Source of the DNA: Coniocarpon cinnabarinum
Taxonomy: Eukaryota
DNA length: 20,000 bases
Direction: 5' to 3'
Assembly: GCA_051942205.1 (NCBI GenBank)
Contig: JAVECO010000042.1
Coordinates: 116,288 to 136,287 of the forward strand
Shown here: piece after piece, positions 10,224 to 19,168 of the stretch
Position numbering within the stretch: the first letter of the stretch is position 1
How the letters are laid out: each line of letters opens with the position of its first letter
Translations under genes and position numbers: made by a program
Notes under the pieces: generated by a model
The model's input: only the letters and a program-made list of their open reading frames with translations
Databases searched by the model: none
What the model was told of the DNA's origin: nothing

Positions 10224-11609
10224 CTACTGATTCTTGGCCCGCTTTGAGCCTTCGGGATTTTGTTGGTTGTTACGCAGTCGAACGAAACCCAACCTAGGCT
10301 CTTGCTGATTTTGAGGCGCAGTGGCTACTTGTTGCTGGTTTCCCTGATCTCCCTGGTCTCCCTGGTCTCCCTGGTCTCCTTGGTCTCCCTGATCTCCCTG
10401 GTTTTGCTGCACAGCTCGTCCAGTGGTGTCTCCTGGGGGGACGTCTAGCGCTGGGACACGTTCTTGGGGCATGTCGTTAGTTTGCCCCTGCACTCTGGTC
10501 GAAACCCGCGGTCTTTGCGATTCTTGCCCAGGTGCTCTGGGCTGCTGGTGCGCAAGCCCTGGATGCAACAATCTCTGCAATTCCCTAACAAACCTCCGTG
10601 GCGAAGCCTCATCAGTCTGCTGTGGGGCCAGCTGTTCGCCTAGTTGCTGCTGTTGTTGTTGTACTTCCCTCAGCCGCTGTAGTATCTGTTGTGATTCTTG
10701 AGCTAGCTGTTCCTGTTGTTGAAGCAGCTCTTGTTGCTGTTGGGGCTGCTGAAAAGATCTTTGAGGTCGATGTTCTTGACTTTGCGCTGGTTGACGTGGC
10801 TCTCTTATATTCTGAGGCTGACATAGCTGGTTCTGCATTCTCAAAATCTCTTGCGTGATTTGATGCAATTCATGGCCGATATTGTCTAGAGACACTTGCT
10901 GAGCTTCAAGCGGAAGCAGAATTGGTTGTGGCATTTGATGGTGACCATGGTTCAAAATCTGCTGCTGCGATTGAGGCGGACGCACATGTTGCGCTCGAGG
11001 AGCTTGGTCTGTAAAGCTTTGCAGCTCACTGTGGAATCCTTGCAGCATACCAGTGATCCGATGCATGGTATTCCGAAAAGAGCCACACAGAAGATTGCCT
11101 CTGCTAGACGCCTGCTCTTGTATTGGTTGCATTGATTGCTGTTGGTCAATACATGATGAGCCTGTGAGCTGATACTGAAGCGGTTGCTGTCCTGGAAATG
11201 GTAGTATTGTGGTTCTTGGTTCGAAAATCGGCCGTGTGGTCGCGTAATGCTCCATATTCTGCCTCAGTGCTGGCGGTAACGAATAGTAGTCAAGTGTATG
11301 AGGGCCGCCACGAGTCTGAGGATGTGTTTGCAGATACAAATTAACTTGTACACGAAGACTAGATGGCAGCCGATTGAGATCGAAGTAGAACTCTGGCTAG
11401 TGTGCTGAGCGGAATGTGAAACCCTCTGGATATTGCTGTTTTAGTTGCAAGAGGTCACCTTGAGGATAAACAGCGAGCTGTTCAATTGTTAATGGTGTTG
11501 GTATCCAGGTTATTGCTAACCATAAGGTTGGTGGTTGTCTTTGCTCTTCCGCTGGGGCAGTTTCCTGTGGTGCCGTGCCCTGATCCTGTACTCGATGCTG
11601 CGAAGCCAT
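10224..11609 (-). CDS. Glutamine-rich orphan protein, 461 codons with one in-frame TAG at 11397-11399 (recoded gene or recent pseudogene)
   Basis: ATG 11609 (MASQHRVQ...). The ORFs 11397..11687 and 10224..11339 share a frame and the 19 codons between them are open (PEFYFDLNRLPSSLRVQVN); only CAC-TAG-CCA interrupts. Poly-Q tracts, QGD repeats, basic C-terminus (GSKRAKNQ). Confidence 0.6.
10338..10400 (-). repeat. 9-bp coding minisatellite, 7 units, encoding (QGD)6-QGN
   Basis: Minus strand reads CARGGAGAY x6 then CAGGGAAAC. Confidence 0.95.
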
Positions 11610-12520
11610 CGCTGGACAGAAGACTGGGAAACGCGCACTACCTGGCCAACATGATTTCCTGTACCTCAAGGGAATATGTACAGACAAACTCTCACAAAGG
11701 ATTATGATTTTGTGTTCGCACTCGTCAGCTTGTCGTCAGTTCTGAATAAGGGACACATTCTACGAGCTGTTAAATTATTTTGCCGCATTAGAACTTCCTG
11801 TGTAGAAGTTATCAGGTATATAACGTCAACTATCGTGAGTGTCTAAGAAACTCGGAATATTTGCCATTCATTGCATCAGGGCTCGTGCGCTCACTTACTT
11901 TTCAAGAGGAAAGGCAAGTGTAACCTTAATCGGCTTATAACTATTTGCGTGATCGAGATTGAGTACAAGAGCTACTTGGTCTTCATGACACCATTTGCGC
12001 GTTGCCGAAGAGATCAGATCTTGTTCTACCTGTGAGAACAATACTTACTATTTGTGATTGAATTTCAAATGCAATTTTGCATTATCGTTAGTATGCCTGA
12101 CTAGCTATAATGGGCAAATTCTTGACGTGAACACCCAGATATGAAGGTTAAACATCCGTACAAACGACTGGGCGTTGCCAATATTATCGATCATCGATCA
12201 AAACACGTGTCTTTGTCAACTGAGGTCAGTTACAATGCACAATGCGTGATAGGTGATCATTTTGCATCACTCTAGGTGATGTCTGCACTGTTGCCGCCTA
12301 CACTCTAATAGACACTCTACTTGAGCGGCATGCGCGTAACACAAGCTATTAGTACAGTTCCTCAAGACGTAATTCTTGTGGCAGCAGAAGGCTATGAGAA
12401 TTGTATAATTGGACAAACATACATACATGTAGTTACAATATATGGTTCTCCTTCTGACGCAAGAAAATTCATATAACAGTAAAATCGCCGTCACAAAAGT
12501 CAACTTGGTACTTACACATC

Positions 12521-12981
12521 TCACGTGACTTTCTCGACAGGGGTAGCAATGAAGAACATCCAAAATCTGTTCAACACAGACTGTTGCCGTACAAAGACCC
12601 TCCGTTCTGCGAAGAGCTGATTAAGGAACATATCGTCAGGAATTTGACCAATTACTGCCAGGGTCGCGCCAGAAAACTCACAATCCATAAATGATTGACG
12701 CGTATCTTGTGCCACATTTTTTCCTTGGCAACGATCACGTGACTAGACGAAGCCAAACCTTCCCCTTCGACGTTGGTGGCGATGTTGATGAACCCTCTCA
12801 CACCATAGTCTGCCAAAAGAATTGCGTTGCGTAGCAATCACCCTGATTCGAGCGTCGCACCAGACGCATGAGAATCAGCTGAGTTGTCGCTGTCGGCAAA
12901 CCAAAGGTCAATGTTGGCACCAACGAGCGTACAAGTGCTGCTCATTGCAGGCTTCCCCATTGAGCAATCGTTTACGAGAGA
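12521..12981 (-). pseudogene. Possible spliced gene remnant with an in-frame TGA at 12838-12840
   Basis: Acceptor CTAACAG at 12982-12988; open 12981-12682 except for one TGA; canonical 65-nt phase-0 intron 12681-12617 (GTGAGT..CCTGAC..CAG) joins ...KIRVNHLWI to LFAERRVF...EKVT*. No family recognised. Confidence 0.3.
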
Positions 12982-13445
12982 CTGTTAGAAATGTATCGAG
13001 TAGCAGGTACAGTATCGTCATTTCAGCGCGATCTTTGCTACCTAGTCGAAGCTCAAGCGCTACTATTGCGGGACGGCGTCCTGTAAGTCGCGGCACAGCC
13101 AATCATTGGTCCCGATTGCACGCTTTACGAGTAAGCTGTATGCATAGTCCATATAGATGTACGGCGCACCAGGGTTGAGGCTGGTACGGAATCGTCGCAG
13201 CGCGAATGAGCGGCACGGCAGCACGTGGCGCAGCGACCCATCGAACAGCTGCCGGATGAATACGAAAGACGTGGGACAAATACGAGGTTGCTTACACCAA
13301 GCCGCCACGATGCGGACACATAAAACGCTGCAGCTCCCCGTATCCGTACTTGCTTGCATCCACAATTCTGTGCTTGCATCAACAATTTCATCACTAAGTC
13401 ATTGCAATCTCCTGATCTTGCAGCACAATGTTCAGTCATTCAACC

Positions 13446-14034
13446 ATGCTTCGTGTCGTCTCATTGGCGAGCCTTGCTTTCCTCCCAGCAGTCGCAACAT
13501 TAAGTTCGCTGAGTGAAATGTGTGACATCGATACGGACTTCAACAACGGCCTTGATGCCGATGTATCCACCACTGGTTATGGGTATGTCTCTCAGAGCTT
13601 CACGCCCCGTACACAACTCCAAACGCTGAGCGACAGCGCTAACACATGTCATCGTCCTCAGGTAGCATACAATATGTCTTGCAGAGAGCGACAACTTCGG
13701 CGGCCACAAAAGTCTAATGCAATTGAACGCATGCGTCGCCAATGATGGGGGCTCACTGGCATTACGGTCGAAGTACATATCTTTCCGGCCCGTCTGTGAT
13801 TTCGATGTAGCTGATTGAAGTATTAGTGGTGGATTCTCAAGCTCATGCGCTTCCTGCACCTTCACCATGGATCGAAATAGCGCGCCTCTGACGTGCACGT
13901 GTCAAATTGGTGGTTCCGGTGAGACGAAGGAGACCACTGTGGATTTAAACGACGCCATCGTTGTTAATGAAGACGGGAATCTCCAATGCTTTAGTACCCT
14001 TAATGTTCCTCCCAAGGACTATCCTGGAGTATGA
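13446..14034 (+). CDS. Small secreted Cys-rich cyanovirin-N-homolog (CVNH)-like protein, 151 codons; exons 13446-13582, 13662-13772, 13827-14034; in-frame TAG at 13663-13665
   Basis: Signal-peptide-like MLRVVSLASLAFLPAVAT; introns GTATGT..GCTAAC..CAG and GTACAT..GCTGAT..TAG; two CVNH half-repeats: C...HTIC...LNACVANDGGSL and GGFSSSCASC...LTCTC...TTVDLNDAIVVNEDGNLQC. The ORF track misses it because of splicing. Confidence 0.8.
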
Positions 14035-15257
14035 ATCTGAATTCGGTTTGAAAAGTTTTTGATATTTTCTGTACTTCTCGCTACTACGTGATACCCCGGC
14101 GCCGCAGTACTGAGCGTCACGCGATGACAGGTTATTCGTGAATCTTGGAAAGCTTCATCACTACGCCTCAACTTTATCGCTTCTATGTCTTGGCTTCAAG
14201 ACAGCTCCTCGGGTTTGGACATGGACCGAGCGCACAGTGCTTGCGACATGGACCATGTCGAGGGAAAGTCGATATTGAACTCAGCGTGGGGCGAGAGTGA
14301 CAACGAATCGGTGCACGACAGTCGCTACGGCAAATGATATGCTGTATTCTCAAGTTTACTGCGAACACGATATATTGTGCTTCTCGACATGTGCGAGCAG
14401 TGAGTCAGTACAGCCTTTGTGAGCAGCATAGCTGACGCCTTTCCTCAGTACGTCTTGGCGATTCTTCTAATTGCTTTGGATTATTTCCCTTGATCATCTT
14501 TGAGATGGCTGGATCAATTTTGTCATGATAGAGTTTCGGTGTTTGATACTCAGTCGGGCCAGCAGCCGGCACACACACGGAGATGTATTATGAGAGAAAC
14601 ATGAACCCTGACAACTGTAAGAATTCATCTCGCGCGTATAATGTGCTGAAAGGTAAGTGGGAAGCTGAACAAACTTTCGCAAAGACACTTGGGTGCCGCA
14701 ACGTCTATAGTTGGGTCCGCTTGAGTACGACAACCGTGCAATGAACAGGTCTGCTTCTCCGTTGCAATTGAATGCTTTCAGCAGTACGCTAATTCCTTCA
14801 TTCTTACAGCGAATAAATTGGCTGGAATCTGCAAACTCGTTGCTGACCTCACGAGCTCAGGGAGCTGCTATGATTAACTGCGAGTGCCTTGGGCTGAATA
14901 TACTTTATAGCCCGTGAAAGAAGTACTTGATGCCTTTAAGCGCCTTCGTTAAAAGAGAAGCGAGATATAATTAGTGACTCGACCAGGGGAAAACCACACA
15001 TAAACACTGCTTCTCATGCTGCAAGACTTCATACATGAGCACCGACCTCGTCATGAGATGGCTACCTTGCTTAGAGTTCCCAATATAGCACCGTGAAGAT
15101 AAGGGTAGCAGTAGCCTGATCTGACTAGTGTCAGTCTTGCACATTTGGTTGATCGGCGGTCTGGCATTTACAGAGCCTAGCTGCTTGAAATTTGGTAAGT
15201 GATTCTGAGATAGCCAGTGTAAATCGTCGTGCATGACCCATGTATGCTCAAACTCGT

Positions 15258-17282
15258 TCAAATGATGGTGATTTCTTGAATCGCCGCCGCTCTTTCAAAC
15301 ACATCAGTCCTCAAATTTTCACTAGTCCCAACAGTGTCGAAGCTTCCCAGCCGCCGATATAAGTCTTTATCGACGCCTTCCAAAACAACTCCCCGTAGTC
15401 GTCTGGTTCTAACTTTTCTTTGTCTTTTGATGTCATCTTCCTCAAACTTTGCGAGCAGTACAGCGGTGACCTCACGTTCGACGCCTGTCCAGCCCGCCAG
15501 CGTGTCTACAGTCATTTCACCAAGTAGCTCTCTAGATGAGGCGCATAACAAAGCACCGTCATTGGTAACGAAGGACCATGATCCCCCCGGTGCCAACTTC
15601 ACAGGCTCCCAGATAGCTAGCGCACATGGAGCGCGAAGCGTAATGTGACCAGCAAGTATAGGGCCAAAAGGACCTGGAGAAGGTTCTGTCAGCCGCCAGT
15701 GAAACAAATCACTGCAGAAGGAGGTAGCAAGATCCAAAAACTCTTTTGAGATTGTATAGAACGACAAAGCAAATTTCTGCATACCTGTACCCTTAATAGT
15801 GCTCACCTGGACGTCCTTCACCTCAAAAACTTGCTCTTGATACTCATAAACCTTGCCACGAAATGGAAACAAGGGAAAGAAGTTGACGTCACCTCCCGAG
15901 GAAAGCCATGACCAGGATGGCGCCACATATTCAGGGAGTGGCTTGGGGGTTGGTCTCAGCGCCGTGCTCCATATTAGTGCAATCATGTGGTTTGACCAAA
16001 ACCCGGCGTGGTACGGTCCGAGATTTCTCCCCCACAAACGCTCAAACTCCTCAGCGATCCCAGCAATGGCTTTCGTGGAATCGCTTGTATGAGTCAATGA
16101 GCGTCGGGTGTACTCCGCAACTAGTTCACACCAAGCGGAAGGTACCTCGTCGGTGAACGGGCCTGCGTAGCCGTGAAAACGGCCTGGATCAGGCCGATAC
16201 GCATACGTCCTGTTCGTGTGTGTCTTTAACTCTTTGCATACCCATAGTATGTCAAGCTCGGAAAATATTAGCAACCGTGGGGACAGCGCCCGTTCTTCCA
16301 AAGTCCACGCGCGCTTACTAGGACCTGACTGATACTCCCAGCTGTAAGGTGGGGCAACCTGCAGCCACACAGCTGTCTGCTTTGATCCATGTTCAGGTGC
16401 TTGTGCAACTTCGAAGACTGACTGAGGCTTCGAGTCCAGCTGCAAGATTCCTGCATGCACGTTCAGCGCTCTTGAAGCATATAAAGTAACGTAAGATCGG
16501 GTGAATATCTTGCGTATGCTCATAATCTCTTTCAACTTGTCGTCTTTGGAATCCTGCATGATGCAGACTGCGTCGACCCAAAGATATTTGATGCCTAGCC
16601 AGTGCGTAAACAATGCAGCATCTCGGATCGTCTTTGGCAGTTTTGCAACAATAATGCCATCCATGTGAGATGCTAAATTGTCCGTGGTTGTGAGCAGGTT
16701 ATCCTCCCCTCCCCAAGCATACGACAGTGTTGCATAACGATCTTGCTCGCAAGCAGTAGGAACATATAAACTGACCACATCATGCGACTCAACCTTGGAC
16801 ACATCTAGTAGCCTTGTAGGTAACTTGACGGACTCGTTCTTGCTACACGAGAGATGATTTTCCGCGCAGTTCTGGAGCCATTGCACTGACTCACATGCAT
16901 TGCCTCTTTGAGACTCTTTGACAGAGGCTGAGAAGACATCCTCGAGATCGTAAGTCCAATGGATACGATATCTAAAGCTCGCACGCCATGACGGCTCGTA
17001 GTCCACTAGCACCTTCAGATTCGTCAGGTGTTGACTATGTTTGCCGCCCAAACACCAGTAAGTTTTGTCAATTTCGTGAACCTCCTTCTGTGTATTACAC
17101 TCCTCCAATATATTTTGACACCACGAACATCCCTGAGCAGCTGAGAACTGTAGATCACTATTTGAAACTCGGTACGACAATTCACAGCCTCTGTTGAATA
17201 GCTGCGGATCCTGGCAAGTTGGTGCCAGCTTTTTAAAATCTGGTATCAGGTTGGCATCCTGACAGAGCTTACACAGCTGCAT
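15258..17282 (-). CDS. HET-domain (heterokaryon incompatibility, TIR-like cell-death) protein, ~637 aa if intron 15674-15784 is spliced
   Basis: Motifs SAAQGCSWC, WLQNCAENHLSC, LPTRLLDV, YATLSYAWGG, LPKTIRDA...LGIKYLWVDAVCIMQD, KRAWTLEERALSPRLL, WCELVAEYTRRSLT, APSWSW, PFG, YRRLG. Confidence 0.92.
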   Translation of the reverse strand: MQLCKLCQDANLIPDFKKLAPTCQDPQLFNRGCELSYRVSNSDLQFSAAQGCSWCQNILEECNTQKEVHEIDKTYWCLGGKHSQHLTNLKVLVDYEPSWRASFRYRIHWTYDLEDVFSASVKESQRGNACESVQWLQNCAENHLSCSKNESVKLPTRLLDVSKVESHDVVSLYVPTACEQDRYATLSYAWGGEDNLLTTTDNLASHMDGIIVAKLPKTIRDAALFTHWLGIKYLWVDAVCIMQDSKDDKLKEIMSIRKIFTRSYVTLYASRALNVHAGILQLDSKPQSVFEVAQAPEHGSKQTAVWLQVAPPYSWEYQSGPSKRAWTLEERALSPRLLIFSELDILWVCKELKTHTNRTYAYRPDPGRFHGYAGPFTDEVPSAWCELVAEYTRRSLTHTSDSTKAIAGIAEEFERLWGRNLGPYHAGFWSNHMIALIWSTALRPTPKPLPEYVAPSWSWLSSGGDVNFFPLFPFRGKVYEYQEQVFEVKDVQVSTIKGTGMQKFALSFYTISKEFLDLATSFCSDLFHWRLTEPSPGPFGPILAGHITLRAPCALAIWEPVKLAPGGSWSFVTNDGALLCASSRELLGEMTVDTLAGWTGVEREVTAVLLAKFEEDDIKRQRKVRTRRLRGVVLEGVDKDLYRRLGSFDTVGTSENLRTDVFERAAAIQEITII

Positions 17283-17761
17283 CGCAACACCTCAAGCGTT
17301 AAACCCTCGTTTCACCTTGCGTGATTAGGCACCATACCTTTGTGAGGAAAGCATGTTTTGGAGAAGATGGTACTTTGAGAAGCAATAAGCTCGAAGGGTC
17401 TGTGAGGTCTGAGAAAAGAGCACAAATTATGGCGCAAATCCACTGTAGTGCGCGAGTTAAGCATGTACAAAATCATGTCATCCCGGAAGAATCATTCGAC
17501 CCTGTAGGCGATCCTGTTCGGACCTCTCTTGAGCTAGCCTCCTGTAAACAAGTGAATCAATGATCAAATACGCATCCTGTTCATGTCATGCGCCTGGGTT
17601 TAATCGATTAGGCCATGGCCGCTGGCAGGTCTCCACTTTTGCCAGAATGCCGGAGGAGCTGGACTGGATGAAGATGAACGGTGTACACGATTCATACGAC
17701 ACTTTTAGGAAGTTCTTTCTTCGTTGCAGATGAATACCAGTAAGTTCGGCAGAAGTGTGTC

Positions 17762-17780
17762 GTAGTAGTAGTAGTAGTAG
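17762..17780. repeat. (GTA)6G microsatellite marking the edge of the RIP'd block
   Basis: gtagtagtagtagtagtag at the point where base composition shifts. Confidence 0.9.
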
Positions 17781-18105
17781 AATTTATACGCCGATACCGT
17801 CGCGCGTAGCGATATACAGGGGCACTATAACACTATCTACGCAGGCATCTAGACGCTAATTTTAAAGATTTGCTAGTTCTAAGCCCCTAAAATTTAGTAG
17901 TAATCTCTTATTTTATTCTATTTTCTCTTAATTTCTTACTTATAATATAATACTGTCTATCTTACCTAGTCTAGCTAGATAAAGTATATATAACTAGCTT
18001 TTAGACTTAGTTATTTTTAGATAGGCTCGCTTTAGTAGAGTAAGTATAGGTAGGGTCTAAGAATTACCTCTTACTTACTATACCCTACCTAACTAGGTTA
18101 TATAG
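17762..18105 (-). mobile_element. Probable 3' end of a RIP-degraded LINE (Tad1-clade-like) with (TAC)n tail, interrupted by an LTR
   Basis: The minus strand ends in a (TAC)n tail as in some fungal LINEs; adjacent sequence is TpA-rich and CpA/TpG-depleted. No RT motif is readable. Confidence 0.45.
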
Positions 18106-19168
18106 TGTAACGCCCCTACGGAGGACCCTACCCTTAGATAACCAAGGAGGCGCAGGGCGGTCCTAGGGATAAGAACCTTTACTATAGAAGAATATAATAA
18201 AGAATAATATAAAGAGATAAAAGTAGTAAGAGCTATAGAGGAGAGTAACTAGCGTACTACTATAGTAAAGGTTACTTTATCTAATAGTAGTAGTATTATT
18301 TAAGAAAGTAAGGTATACTATAAACTAATAAGTAATTAGTTTAGTAGTTTATAACTTATAAGTTAGGTTAATTCTAAATTTAAATAATACTAAGCCTAAG
18401 AGAGAGGCAAGCTTACTATTAGACTATATAGATTAAGTGTAACGCTTCTATAGAGAACCCTACCCTTAAGTAGCTAAGAAGGCGTAGGGCTGTTCTAGAG
18501 ATAAGAACCTTTACTATAGAAGAATATAACAGAGAATAATATAAAGGGATAAAGGTAGTAAGAGCTATAAAAGAGAGTAACTAGCGTACTACTATAATAA
18601 AGGTTACTTTATCTAATAGTAGTAGTACTATCTAAAAAAGTAAGGTATACTATAAACTAGTAAATAATTAGTTTAGTAGTTTATAACTTATAAGTTAGAT
18701 TAATTTTAAATTTAAATAATATTAAGCTTAAAAGAAGAATAGGCTTACTATTAAACTATATAGACTAAGGTATAAATAAATATACTATACTTCTACTCTC
18801 TTTATTACTTCTATTATATAGAAGCAATAAAGCTAATAGGGGCTTATATAATTTTTATATATATAGCCCTATAGACAAACGCGTTCTAACACGTTAGGGT
18901 TATAATATACTAGCGTAGTTTTACGTAGGTGTACGTAACCTATATACTACTAATAAGGCATAGCGTTATATTAAGGTATAATTCTTTATATTATAGCTTT
19001 AATAATAAAAAGAGGCCTAATATTTAGGAGGTTCTTTTTTAGGGTTATGTAACCCTTATATATATAGTCTAGAGAAAAAAATGTTTCTACGCTTTAGAGG
19101 CTAATATACTAGCGCGTTATTATACGTACGTATATAACTCTCTATCTTATATTAGGTATAGTATAACA
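18106..19168. mobile_element. Outer LTR (TGTAAC...TAACA), split at 18437/18976 by a nested LTR
   Basis: 18106-18437 aligns without gaps to 18438-18769; after the TSD the sequence resumes GTATAA and shows weaker similarity to 18770-18970, ending ...ggtatagtataaca at 19168. Confidence 0.7.
18438..18970. mobile_element. Solo LTR (533 bp, probably Ty3/gypsy) with 5-bp TSD TTAAG
   Basis: Terminal inverted repeats TGTAACGC...GCGTTATA (RIP'd GCGTTACA); flanked by TTAAG at 18433-18437 and 18971-18975. Confidence 0.85.

Noticed and set aside
10338..10400. CRISPR-like array
   Set aside because: 9-bp contiguous coding repeat with no spacers, in a eukaryotic genome.
10260..10858. Poly-Cys, LVS-repeat and Thr-rich ORFs
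   Set aside because: Other-frame translations of the CAR and QGD repeats.
13428..13745. 105-aa unspliced ORF as the product of the secreted-protein gene
   Set aside because: Reads through intron 1 into a non-CVNH frame; the CVNH motifs lie in another frame. It remains possible only as an intron-retention product.
14100..15250. Short ORFs between the CVNH and HET genes
   Set aside because: No motifs or consistent splice structure; treated as intergenic.
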